Of a stretch of DNA of 57,530 bases, positions 9,878-19,362 are shown one piece after another. The DNA is taken from the NCBI GenBank assembly GCA_003345595.1, contig PRDI01000064.1, positions 1 to 57,530 of the forward strand. The letters are read 5' to 3'. This DNA comes from Candidatus Thorarchaeota archaeon (lineage in GTDB: Archaea; Asgardarchaeota; Thorarchaeia; Thorarchaeales; Thorarchaeaceae). Numbering within the stretch: the first letter of the stretch is position 1; every line of letters begins with the position of its first letter. The notes below the pieces were generated by a model. The model ran no database searches. It had not been told where the DNA came from and was given only the letters and a program-made list of their open reading frames with translations. A program made the translations under genes and the position numbers.

Positions 9878-10502
9878 ACGCAAGAGTGTCAGCGTGCTTG
9901 GCTTTGGAGACAGCTTGACTGCTGGAACACCAGGTTATGACCCCACAACTGGCTACGGAAATCAGCAGTCACAGTATGGATATTGGCTTGTCAGGAGGGC
10001 AAGAGAAGAGCGACAGCTGGCTCTAAGGTTCGACAATCAAGGTGTTCCAGGAGAACTTGCCCGACATATGCTGCAACGTTTGCACAGCATCTTAGACAGA
10101 ACTGACTATGCCGTCGTCATCATTCTCGGCGGCAGCAACGACTTGGGCTGGGGCGATGAACCGGACAGAGTATTCAGCTACCTGAGCGACCTCTGGCAGC
10201 GTGCGCTGGATACGGGTTCGGGTGTGATTGCGTGTACTATACCGCCTATCGGAATGCCCTATCCTCCGCTGCAGGAGGCCCAGATCCGACTCAACGAGAT
10301 GATAACTGAAGGATTGCGAGGGCGGGATTCTGAACTTGTCGTCGACCTCTTTGCAGCACTGTCCGACGAAAGAGGACTGCTGCGGCCAGAGTTCGACAGT
10401 GGTGATGGCCTCCACCTAAGTGAATATGGGTATAGACAGATGGGTGAGAGGATCTGGGCGGACGGTGCCAGGCGAATGTTAGACTCATCTCACGGTTTCT
10501 AG
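9864..10502 (+). CDS. SGNH/GDSL-family hydrolase (lipase/esterase-like)
   Basis: Block I GFGDSLTAG carries the catalytic Ser. Block III is GGSNDLGWG and block V DGLHLSEYGY carries the Asp-x-x-His. Confidence 0.8.
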   Translation: MSRTRRKSVSVLGFGDSLTAGTPGYDPTTGYGNQQSQYGYWLVRRAREERQLALRFDNQGVPGELARHMLQRLHSILDRTDYAVVIILGGSNDLGWGDEPDRVFSYLSDLWQRALDTGSGVIACTIPPIGMPYPPLQEAQIRLNEMITEGLRGRDSELVVDLFAALSDERGLLRPEFDSGDGLHLSEYGYRQMGERIWADGARRMLDSSHGF

Positions 10503-10618
10503 TTCCATCGGTTGCTTTTTCTTGTAGGGCATCATCAAGGCTCCCAAGCAGAATACAATCACACAAAAAGGAAATACGCCCGGTCACCAGAGGCGTTGTA
10601 GTAGCAGGAGGACCTGCT

Positions 10619-11533
10619 GTGAGTACGAAGCGCCGACTCCCAAAGACAAGTCGACTGGCCTTTGTCAGCACTGTATGCGATATGAGCAGGCGCGGCGATA
10701 TCGATGCAGTCATAGACACCTTCGAGGGCTACTGGAGAGACAAGACTCGCTATCCTTGGCACAACACCTACGTAATGCTGGAAAAGTACTGGGCACTGGA
10801 GAATCCCGAAACGGATGTATCGGAAACACTACTGCTACTACGGGATGGCGTGTTCGGAGCCCTCGGACTTCACTCGCTGAGTCTGCCCATTGAGATGTCG
10901 ACTCAAGAGATCTTGAGGAGAATCGTGAAAGGACGCTCATGGAAAGACTCACGCCGGTCCGCCAGAGAATACCTCTCTCAGGTCGTTTCTGACATGATCG
11001 AGCAGGGTCAGATCGCTCATCTCATCCCTTCGGCACTGAAGCATGATGGGCTGGGATTCCTATTGCCCTCGCTAGAAAAGGCTCGACTTGACGAGTTCCG
11101 GAATGCACGACCAAAGATAACACGCGGTAAGCTCGACCTTAGACCTCTCTCAAAGTCGGTCATCGGCCGGACACTCCTGAGGCAGCTATCGACAAAGAGG
11201 GAAATGCTTGCGGTGGATGACCCCCAGGTGGGGCAGGCGGAAGAAGCGTATGAACACATGCTCTTAGACCTCGAAGTGGGTGAAGGCGTAGCGACTCTCT
11301 CTCCTGAAGATACTCTGCAGGTGACAATAAGCGGCGAGCCACTTGAGGAAACGACAGAGAGAAAGCAGGTTCGAGGGGTCCTTCCACTTACCCCTGGGGT
11401 GCAGACTAACCTGACAGAGTATGTTGGATCGCCCGCTGATACGCAGAGTGCCGAAATGTCTGATGTTGCTGAGGTCAGAAAGCGCGAGAAACGAAAGAAG
11501 GCTGAGCCAAACAAGGGAAGTGAGGCGTCGTGA
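10619..11533 (+). CDS. Hypothetical protein. An alternative start at 10682 (MSRRGDID) is possible.
   Basis: A long ORF with protein-like composition. Its stop overlaps the next start (ATGA), consistent with an operon. Confidence 0.45.
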   Translation: MSTKRRLPKTSRLAFVSTVCDMSRRGDIDAVIDTFEGYWRDKTRYPWHNTYVMLEKYWALENPETDVSETLLLLRDGVFGALGLHSLSLPIEMSTQEILRRIVKGRSWKDSRRSAREYLSQVVSDMIEQGQIAHLIPSALKHDGLGFLLPSLEKARLDEFRNARPKITRGKLDLRPLSKSVIGRTLLRQLSTKREMLAVDDPQVGQAEEAYEHMLLDLEVGEGVATLSPEDTLQVTISGEPLEETTERKQVRGVLPLTPGVQTNLTEYVGSPADTQSAEMSDVAEVRKREKRKKAEPNKGSEAS

Positions 11534-13062
11534 CTGCGGTGGCAAAACGCAAAGCGGCTACAAAAAGGAAGGCGAAGCCGCCGAGCCTAGACGAGATTGA
11601 GGCTACCGCTCTCGCCGACCTTCGAGATATTGCATGGCGTCTTGACTCTCCCGACATGGCAGAGATGTATGACGCGGCTGCTAGAATGTCTACATTTCCT
11701 GTGACAAGGTCTCTGCTGCCTAGGGCAATGAGCGCTATCAAAGCTGACGACCCAATTGTCCGGAAGGCCGCCTTAGGAATGGCGGGAATGAATGCTTACG
11801 GCTCATATGTCAATGAACTAGTGACACTGATGAAGGGTGTGAACCCGGCTGATCGTGAGCAGGTCCTGCAGGTTATCGAACAAAGAATGAGGCAGACCGG
11901 GGGACTTGTTTCCACGTCGGAGCAGAAGCGATGGGTCGACGCGCTTGAAGGACTTGGCAGAGAGCACCAGCCAACGGTCTGCGGCATCATGGCACTTCTG
12001 GGACCGCAAGGGACTCAGTGGGTAAGAACGCTGATTGCTGAGAGAGTAGAAACCTTGCATCCCGGTGCAGTGCAGAGACTCACTGCCTTCACTGAGCCGA
12101 CTCGCGGCGCATTGCTGAAGAGTCTGTGTCAGAAGTCTGCAGAGAAGAAGCGTGAGCTACTGCCATATATCTGCGGGCTGATTGACACAAAGACGATTCA
12201 GTACCTCGCACCCTTTCTGAAAGCGGGCGATTGGCATGACAGGTCTGAAGTGGCAGAAACTGTGGGCAAGCTGGGTATCATCTCCCCGGTAGGAATTGTG
12301 ATGGACATAGTTGCGGATGCTGATTGGCGTGTGAAGCAAGCGTTCTTGAAGGACCTGAACATTGCATCGTCGAAGTTCGCTGCCCTACTGAAGGTTCTTG
12401 GATACCTAGTTGGGGACTCACACACAAGAGTGGGAGGACTGGCTGAGAGATGCCTGCTTAGACTGGGGTCAGAGCCGTGCCGTGGTTCTACTATCGAGGC
12501 GCAGCAGAAGAGGATCGAAAAGGAGTTCAGAGCGCATCTTCTGAAAGCAGCAGACGCCAACAAGGACATTCAGTCAGGCTGGCTTGGTGTTAGTCTGGTT
12601 GAAACATCTCCTATTCCAGTCTTCTCTGAGCAGGAAGAAGAGGAGACCAAGGGTATCGAGAGAGCCCAGGGCGTGAGTCTTGAGGACATTGGTGGTCCTC
12701 GCCCGGGTACAACGCCAGAATCCCAGAAAGACAGTCGCCTTGACTTGATGGCCGCTCTCATTGGCGCTCGCAAAGCCGCTAAAGCTCCAGAGTCTCCTCC
12801 GAAGCAAGAACCTTCATTGGCCGAAGAAGCCCCTCCTCTGCCGGTTTCTGGTTCGACTGCAACAGACCGGTTTATGATGTTGCTGAGAAGTATGACAGCG
12901 ATATCTGGGAAGGAGGTCTCCATCTCGAAGCTGAAGGAGAACGCCGTCTCATCAGGAATGACAGACCATGAGTTCGACACTACGCTGGAACAGCTCGAGC
13001 GTGATGGGATTGTTTATCGCTCGAGAAAGGGCTCAGTGAGTATTGTTGATATGGAAGTCTAG
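11530..13062 (+). CDS. HEAT/PBS-lyase-like repeat protein with a disordered linker and a C-terminal winged-helix domain
   Basis: Repeated D(W/S)x(V/R)(R/K)xxAxxxLG helical hairpins (DWHDRSEVAETVGKLG, DADWRVKQAFLKDL, DSHTRVGGLAERCL). A Pro/Glu/Ala/Lys-rich low-complexity linker follows. The C-terminus ...MTDHEFDTTLEQLERDGIVYRSRKGSVSIV is wH-like. Confidence 0.6.
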   Translation: MTAVAKRKAATKRKAKPPSLDEIEATALADLRDIAWRLDSPDMAEMYDAAARMSTFPVTRSLLPRAMSAIKADDPIVRKAALGMAGMNAYGSYVNELVTLMKGVNPADREQVLQVIEQRMRQTGGLVSTSEQKRWVDALEGLGREHQPTVCGIMALLGPQGTQWVRTLIAERVETLHPGAVQRLTAFTEPTRGALLKSLCQKSAEKKRELLPYICGLIDTKTIQYLAPFLKAGDWHDRSEVAETVGKLGIISPVGIVMDIVADADWRVKQAFLKDLNIASSKFAALLKVLGYLVGDSHTRVGGLAERCLLRLGSEPCRGSTIEAQQKRIEKEFRAHLLKAADANKDIQSGWLGVSLVETSPIPVFSEQEEEETKGIERAQGVSLEDIGGPRPGTTPESQKDSRLDLMAALIGARKAAKAPESPPKQEPSLAEEAPPLPVSGSTATDRFMMLLRSMTAISGKEVSISKLKENAVSSGMTDHEFDTTLEQLERDGIVYRSRKGSVSIVDMEV

Positions 13063-13151
13063 GCCAACGTACCCAATCTTCGCGGACCACTGACCATTTT
13101 CGATAGGCAAAGACTAATCTGTTATGCCCCCTACACCCACTGACGGCTGAG

Positions 13152-14510
13152 GTGCCGCAAATGGTGGAATCGACGCTCATCAAGGGTGGCCTTGTGGTGA
13201 CAGGGGACTCTCAGGGCCGAGTGATCCCTGGTGGATTCGTGAGGATCGAGGGAAACAGGATATCCGAGGTTGGCAGGGGGATCCCCCGCCTGAAGTCAGA
13301 TACGACCATCGACGCATCGAAGAACGTGATTATCCCGGGTCTGATAACCGCCCATACACATCTCTATGGTATTCTTTTGAGAGGAGCAACCCTTGGCATC
13401 GAGCCACCCACGGACTTTGCTCAAGTCCTTCAGCGCGTGTGGTGGCCTCTTGACGAAGTGATGAGCGTCGAAGATGCGAGGTCCAGTTCTCTTGCTGCTT
13501 CTGCAGACATGCTCCGAAACGGTTCTACGTTTTTCGCCGACACCTACTCAGGCCCAAACTCGATTGATGGCGTGTTGGATGCTATCTCGGATGCCGCCCG
13601 GAATGTGGGTATCCGTTCAATGCTGTCGTTTGAAATCACTGAACGCAACAGTCCCCAAGAAGCGGAACGCGGCCTGCAGGAGAATGTGCGGTTTGCTCAG
13701 CGCTGTTTCAAGGAGAAAGGCCTCTCGTCAGCGATGATGAGCCTGCACGCCTCGTTCACGGTGAGCGATGAGCTCATCACAAGGGCAGTGACGCGGGCAT
13801 CTGGTCTCGAAATCCCTGTGACCATCCATACTTCTGAGGGCTTGGTGGACGTCTATCACAATCTCGAGAAACATGGAGAAAGGACAGTTGAACGCCTGGA
13901 CAGACTCGGCGTGTTGCGACGTCGTACTGTACTGGCTCACTGTGTACATGTCACTGCGCCAGAGATTGAGATAATGGCGCGGCAGGGTGTGGGTGTGGCG
14001 CATAACCCAATGAGTAACATGCTCAATGCGGTTGGCACTTCACCAGTGCCCGGCATGCTCGCGCGACGAATCCCGGTCGGTCTAGGCAATGACGGTTGGA
14101 TCTATGACCCATTCGAAAACATGAGGTGTGCGTTCACTGTTCATCGACTTGCGGCATGGAACCCCAGTGTCATGACTGCCGAACAAGTATTCAGGATGGC
14201 AACGATTGATGGCGCCCGATGCTATGGGCTTGACAGGGAGCTGGGCAGCATCGAAGCTGGAAAAATGGCAGACATTGTTCTCCTTGGTGTCTCTAGGGTG
14301 CCAACGCCACTCGATGCCGGTTCGGTCATTGGTCATCTAGTCAACACGTTCGGCGGCAGGGACGTGGAACGAGTCATTGTTGATGGAAGAACCGTTGTAG
14401 ACCACGGGCGGTTGTCACTGATCTCAGATGACGAAGTCGCAGGTAGATGTCAGAGGACGGCTCAGGACTTGTGGTCAAGACTATCCAAAAGAATAACGAG
14501 GAAACAATGA
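13152..14510 (+). CDS. Amidohydrolase of the ATZ/TRZ-MtaD-SsnA family (nucleoside/base deaminase or chlorohydrolase type)
   Basis: N-terminal metal-ligand motif IIPGLITAHTHLYG, an internal HxH/His-Asp pattern, and a length of about 450 aa typical of MTA/SAH deaminase-like enzymes. Confidence 0.8.
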   Translation: MPQMVESTLIKGGLVVTGDSQGRVIPGGFVRIEGNRISEVGRGIPRLKSDTTIDASKNVIIPGLITAHTHLYGILLRGATLGIEPPTDFAQVLQRVWWPLDEVMSVEDARSSSLAASADMLRNGSTFFADTYSGPNSIDGVLDAISDAARNVGIRSMLSFEITERNSPQEAERGLQENVRFAQRCFKEKGLSSAMMSLHASFTVSDELITRAVTRASGLEIPVTIHTSEGLVDVYHNLEKHGERTVERLDRLGVLRRRTVLAHCVHVTAPEIEIMARQGVGVAHNPMSNMLNAVGTSPVPGMLARRIPVGLGNDGWIYDPFENMRCAFTVHRLAAWNPSVMTAEQVFRMATIDGARCYGLDRELGSIEAGKMADIVLLGVSRVPTPLDAGSVIGHLVNTFGGRDVERVIVDGRTVVDHGRLSLISDDEVAGRCQRTAQDLWSRLSKRITRKQ

Positions 14511-14572
14511 GTCGCAGAGGAGAAGTCCATTCGCATAGAAAGAGGATACAGGAGCTGATGCCTCTGATCACT

Positions 14573-15268
14573 CTACTTTCTCTTCATGCAGACGACTGCG
14601 CCGAGAATGACAACAACACCGACTCCAATCCCGATGAGCAGGATGTTGTCTTGAAGCATCACGATGAGGTCATTTGGAAGACCCTCTCGAATGATTTTCA
14701 GATTGAGGGTTTCAGTGGAGCTCGTTGCGTTAGTAATATGCCAAGTATACTCGGCCAAGAACCCATCAGACTTGAGATAGGATGCTTCAATGGTAATTCT
14801 TTGGCCAACCGGCGTGTATGCCAAAGCCATTCCCCAATAGGCCGAATTAGTGGTAAATGTGGTTGAGTGATTCCAAAGAGCGCTGGTCTGTACAACCTCA
14901 GTCATGAGTGTCCAATTGCCGATTGGGACGGCCAAGTGTCCTCCGAACAATGCGAGACCTAAGAACAGGACTCCGTACAAGCCGATGGTAGTGCCATTAG
15001 TCCACATCACATCAATGTCAACAACTGGTACCTGAGCCCAGTCTGTGACGACATTGGGTATCGAGGGGGGAGTATCTGTAACATTCATGTATATGCCCTC
15101 GTGGAGGCTAATGTCCTCATCAACGTTGACGGCATCAAATGTAAAGTTGAACTGATTAGTTTTCGCAACTCCCCATAGAAGACCTTGCGAGGTCGCCGCA
15201 GCGACCGGGGAAACAGCAAACATCAAGACGGTAGCCGTAGCTACCAGCCACACATACGCCCGTTTCAT
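14573..15268 (-). CDS. Secreted, membrane-anchored surface protein, paralogue A (231 aa from the signal-peptide Met). The ORF track extends it to 15556.
   Basis: Signal peptide MKRAYVWLVATATVLMFAVSPVAAATSQ, many N-x-S/T sequons, and a C-terminal TM helix plus KRK tail (LLIGIGVGVVVILGAVVCMKRK) that is near-identical to paralogue B. Confidence 0.65.
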   Translation of the reverse strand: MKRAYVWLVATATVLMFAVSPVAAATSQGLLWGVAKTNQFNFTFDAVNVDEDISLHEGIYMNVTDTPPSIPNVVTDWAQVPVVDIDVMWTNGTTIGLYGVLFLGLALFGGHLAVPIGNWTLMTEVVQTSALWNHSTTFTTNSAYWGMALAYTPVGQRITIEASYLKSDGFLAEYTWHITNATSSTETLNLKIIREGLPNDLIVMLQDNILLIGIGVGVVVILGAVVCMKRK

Positions 15269-15758
15269 GTTGTTCCACTCTTCTGGTATTACTTCACTAG
15301 TGCCAGGCATCGGGTCGACGGGACTGCAGAAAAGTCTTCGCCTCATCTCCTTCGCGGGACTATTCCGGGACGTCTTTTCTAAGGAAGCATGCACCGCCAA
15401 ATCAGTTGCGCGCCCGGCATCTGTGTATCCTACCTTCTTCGTAAGTGTGGCTACGACATTGACGGACACTCCCGGACCGACATACATGGTTCTATCCGTA
15501 TTCATGACCATGATCCTCTTCGGAGGGCTTTCTCCTGCCCCGGAAATCTCTGCCATTTTCGTGCACGATGGATATCAGTCAGCACATGGATGCACCGGGC
15601 CACTGCACCACCAACTCTCAGATAGGAGGTCATGCGCCTATCCCTTTTGCCGCCAGTAATGTACGTTGGCCTTATGGTGTGCTATGAAGGCCGCGACCCA
15701 CGCGACCGTTGCCCATTAGTCCAGAAAAAGGATGCAGGGGCTGGTCCCCCTGATCATT

Positions 15759-16454
15759 TCACTTCCTCTTCATGCAGACGACTGCACCAAGAATGACAAC
15801 AACACCGACTCCAATCCCGATGAGCAGTATGTTGTCTTGTATCATCACGACAAGGTCGTTCGGCAGACCCTCCTGGATGACACTGAAACTAAAGATCTGA
15901 GCTGAGCTGGTCGCATTTGTGACCGTTATGGTGTACTTGGCCAGGAACCCGGTAGACTTGAGGTAGAGCGCTCCAATGGTGGCTCTCTGACCGCTTGAGG
16001 TGGCTGTGAGAGACATCCCCCAGTAAGCTGAATTACTGGTGAATGCTGTTGAGGTATTCCAACCAACCGTGGTTTTGACGACTTCAGTCAGGAGCGTCCA
16101 ATTGCCTATTGGCACGACCATGCGTCCTCCGAACGCTGCAAGACCTATGAACAGGAGCGCATACAAACCAATAGAGGTCCCATTGGTCCACTTCATGTCC
16201 ACGGTAACAGTCGGCACCTGAGTCCAAACTGTGATGACATTGGGTATCGTGGGGGGAGCAGCTGTCACAATAATGTACATGCCCTCATGAAGGCTGAGAT
16301 CTTCCTCGGGATTCGTAGCATCCATTGTGAAGTTGGCCTGATAATCATCTGCAACTCCCCAGGAAAGATTCTGCGATGTCGCCGCAGCTACTGGAGAAAC
16401 AGCAAACATTAGCACGGTAGCCACGCTGACTACCAACACAAGCGTGCGTCTCAT
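15759..16454 (-). CDS. Secreted, membrane-anchored surface protein, paralogue B (231 aa from the signal-peptide Met). The ORF track extends it to 16532.
   Basis: Signal peptide MRRTLVLVVSVATVLMFAVSPVAAATSQ, the same length as paralogue A, and a shared C-terminus ...GLPNDLVVMIQDNILLIGIGVGVVVILGAVVCMKRK. Confidence 0.65.
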   Translation of the reverse strand: MRRTLVLVVSVATVLMFAVSPVAAATSQNLSWGVADDYQANFTMDATNPEEDLSLHEGMYIIVTAAPPTIPNVITVWTQVPTVTVDMKWTNGTSIGLYALLFIGLAAFGGRMVVPIGNWTLLTEVVKTTVGWNTSTAFTSNSAYWGMSLTATSSGQRATIGALYLKSTGFLAKYTITVTNATSSAQIFSFSVIQEGLPNDLVVMIQDNILLIGIGVGVVVILGAVVCMKRK

Positions 16455-16844
16455 ATTCTTCCTCTCTTTTTGTGCCACATAACTAGTGGTGGGCAAACGG
16501 TCGACGGAGTTGCAGAAAAGCTTTCGCCTCATTTCCTTCGCAGGACGGTGTTACAATCCACTCTTTGAGCAGACTCATCGCTCATGAGAACCTTCGGGTG
16601 TTAACATCGGCAGCTGGAAACGAAAGGAACGTCACTAGATACTTAGTAAGGCCAGCACCTCCCAATGTGCTTCATGTGGTTACTTCTCGACATGCAGGTT
16701 CGCGAGTCGCAGTCTCTTAATTGCCTGACAACATCTCTTCGTCGTCGAAACCGGCCTCAGGGTTCCACGACGGATGTGTTGTGTTCGCTCGGTGCCCAAT
16801 TCGTGCACGACTCAACAGGGTTTTGAGCTTGTTCGCTCCTCATT

Positions 16845-17795
16845 TTGCCAACTATGTCTGGCGAGAAACTAGGCTACAATTACGATGGGCCCATCTTCGA
16901 CGCCCACTCTCATGCAGCGGATGAAACCGCTTTGAAGCTGATGATGGAGGTCGCCGCACAGTATGGCGTAGAGAAAAGACTCCTCATCTTGCACAGTGCC
17001 AAGCCCGCTGCATTCGAAGAGAAGTACTCCGGTCGTCTCGTTTTTGCCAGGTTTCTGATGATATCGAACTTGCGATCTTTGGAACCTGACAAGCTAAAGG
17101 CAGAGATTGATTCGATGGCGGTTGATGGGTACAGCGTCGCGAAGATGCATTTTGCCCCCTTGTGGATCGACCGATTGGCCGAGCAGCCATTACTCACGTC
17201 CGTGAACGATGAACGGCTTGACACTCTGTTTGGAGTGCTCGAAGAAAGGCAAATCCCTGTCCTGATTCATGTGGCCGATCCGGACACCTATTACGCCACT
17301 CGCTATGCCGATATGGGTAGATATGGCACAAAAGACAAGCATATCGGGGAGTTTGAGGAGCGCCTTTCTAGAAACAGCAGGCTGCATTTTCAAGTGGCAC
17401 ACTTCGGAGCCCAACCCGAGCCAGAGCGGCTAGCTAACCTAGGCCGAATGTTTGACAGATACAGCAATCTGAGCGTTGACACGGGATCTGCACGTTGGAT
17501 GGTGAGGGAGCTCGGTCGAAGCCCTATTCGAGCGAGGGAGTTCATTATCAAATACTCTGGCAGGGTGCTCTTTGGGACAGACTGCGTAGCACGCACGCTT
17601 GAGCGAGGTTACTACGAAGGTAGGTATTCCTCGGAGAGGTTGCTTTGGGAAACCAATGTCAGCGGTGTTCCGCTGCCCTTTGCTGACACTGATACGGAAA
17701 ACAGTGGAGGCACATTCATCAATGGGCTGTCATTGCCGAAGAAGGTCCTTGGCAAGCTCTACTGGGAAAATGCACAGGCTCTCTATGGGTTCTGA
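16845..17795 (+). CDS. Amidohydrolase-2 family (TIM-barrel metal-dependent hydrolase/decarboxylase)
   Basis: N-terminal D-A-H-S-H metal-binding motif (FDAHSHAADE), internal His and Asp ligands, about 316 aa. Confidence 0.65.
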   Translation: MPTMSGEKLGYNYDGPIFDAHSHAADETALKLMMEVAAQYGVEKRLLILHSAKPAAFEEKYSGRLVFARFLMISNLRSLEPDKLKAEIDSMAVDGYSVAKMHFAPLWIDRLAEQPLLTSVNDERLDTLFGVLEERQIPVLIHVADPDTYYATRYADMGRYGTKDKHIGEFEERLSRNSRLHFQVAHFGAQPEPERLANLGRMFDRYSNLSVDTGSARWMVRELGRSPIRAREFIIKYSGRVLFGTDCVARTLERGYYEGRYSSERLLWETNVSGVPLPFADTDTENSGGTFINGLSLPKKVLGKLYWENAQALYGF

Positions 17796-17947
17796 AGCCC
17801 GGAGGCCCGTTCTTGGCGAACGAAGGTATTGGGTCCTAGCCAGAGCGCGCTACAATCTGTGTTGCCTCTTCACCAACACCACGTACATAGCTGCAAATGC
17901 AACCATGGCCGGCACCATGACGATCAGCGGATCTGTTCCGATGGTGT

Positions 17948-18510
17948 CTACCAGGTATCTGATGGTTTCGTTCGAGCCCCAATTGCCATTCGCGTCCCGT
18001 GCAAAGACATCCCAATCAATGCCGTCCTTCTGCCAGCTGAAGGCGATCTCATAGAACCTCGGGTGCTGTTACCTTCTGTCATCTGTACAGACCGATTGTG
18101 CCACTCGCCCTCAGAATGAGGCCTGAAATGCAGGGTGACGAATTCGGCCCCGTCTTCGTCGCTCACCCAGAACGACATACTATAGGTCACGTTAGGAAGA
18201 AGTGACCAGTACGTAGGGAGGAACACCCGGCCCCGGGTGGAGATGGCAACTCTATCATCGGCCCGTCAGGCAATGTCGCAATCGCTTGACCTGAAAGAAA
18301 GGGCGGTTCATATGCGTGTGCACCCAGAATGATGATTGGCGCAATCACGGACACCCTCGCTTGGAACATGCTGACACCCACATTCCAGCCTCCTCGTACA
18401 TTGAATAGTTGGCACCTTGAGTGAGAAGAATCTTGCTGTTTTGCAGAAACACTGACCTCTTCGGCTCGGTCATCAGTGTCTTCGCATATCTGCCACTCTG
18501 AATAAGTCAC
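17948..18510 (-). pseudogene. Possible frameshifted or degenerate gene. Two overlapping minus-strand ORFs (18187..18510 and 17948..18226) sit in different frames.
   Basis: The two ORFs abut with a frame change at about 18190-18226. Neither has recognisable motifs. The region is otherwise a 700-bp coding void. Confidence 0.2.
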
Positions 18511-18860
18511 TCTATGCGTGAGCCGCGCTTGACAGAGTGTTTTCCTTTGGGCTTTTCTTTCTTCGTTGGTTTCTTCTGTTCCCCTTGACTTGGACTTGTC
18601 ATGTAGTCTGTCAGTGCCATTTGACCTGGCTCAGCGAGCCTCCACTTTGTACCGTCGGGCTCTCGCTCGATCACTCTCTCCCGTTTCATGTGCCGCATGT
18701 GATATCGAACCGTCGCGGCCGAAAGATTCACGTCGTCGGCAACATCGTTCACAGAGGCCCAATCTGCTCCATCGAGTCTTCGGATTATGCTGCTACGACT
18801 AATCAATCCCCGCCTTACACTTCTAACCCAGTGCAGACGTGCTCTTTGATCGATACTCAA
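18507..18860 (-). CDS. Winged helix-turn-helix DNA-binding protein with a lysine-rich C-terminal tail
   Basis: HTH-like segment LSAATVRYHMRHMKRERVIEREPDG followed by a wing (TKWRLAEPG) and a basic tail KKPTKKEKPKGKH. Confidence 0.5.
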   Translation of the reverse strand: MSIDQRARLHWVRSVRRGLISRSSIIRRLDGADWASVNDVADDVNLSAATVRYHMRHMKRERVIEREPDGTKWRLAEPGQMALTDYMTSPSQGEQKKPTKKEKPKGKHSVKRGSRIE

Positions 18861-18921
18861 GAGTCATCCTCACCATCTTCGCATCCCGGGCGGATTGATA
18901 GCATTCTTGTGGCACATACGC

Positions 18922-19275
18922 TCACTCATGTCCTTGGCCAATCAGCGACAGGAAGGCCGCCGGCTCAGTCCCCTCGGCAATAGGTCGTACTCGATAGTCA
19001 GGGTAGCTATGGCTTAGTCGGGCCGCAACCCGCGTTCCCATGAGCTTATTCATGAAATCCGCCTTCTTTCCCCTCCAAAGGTAGACGACCTTGTTCTCAT
19101 GGTCAATCAGCACAAGGACCTTGTCCGTTGCGGTGTGCTTGGCGTACTCCTCTGAGGGAATCATTCTCGCTTGGGCGTCGACCTCGAAAGCCTCGACCAT
19201 TCTGCTAGCTCCGGGAGCCTTCCTCACTTGTCCATAGGTACCGCCACCCTTATGATTCTTTTTTCTATGGCTCAC
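18922..19275 (-). CDS. Single-domain gelsolin/villin-fold protein (candidate Asgard-type actin regulator)
   Basis: The core DKVLVLIDHENKVVYLWRGKKADFMNKLMGTRVAARL resembles the gelsolin-domain signature (for example human G1 [31 protein letters not shown]). Its size of 117 aa is right for a one-domain gelsolin. Called by eye only. Confidence 0.45.
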   Translation of the reverse strand: MSHRKKNHKGGGTYGQVRKAPGASRMVEAFEVDAQARMIPSEEYAKHTATDKVLVLIDHENKVVYLWRGKKADFMNKLMGTRVAARLSHSYPDYRVRPIAEGTEPAAFLSLIGQGHE

Positions 19276-19362
19276 GCCCGCTGGTCATCCAGGGCCAATA
19301 ATGCGGGACAAAAGGGCCCACACGTCATACATTAGCATAAATGCAGTGATGCTGTTCGTGCT

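Noticed and set aside
14573-16532. Long N-terminal extensions of the two surface-protein ORFs (up to 15556 and 16532)
   Set aside because: The extensions lack hydrophobic or signal character and precede a canonical signal peptide. The extension of paralogue A is not conserved in paralogue B except for a short DNA block. These regions are better explained as 5' leader or promoter.
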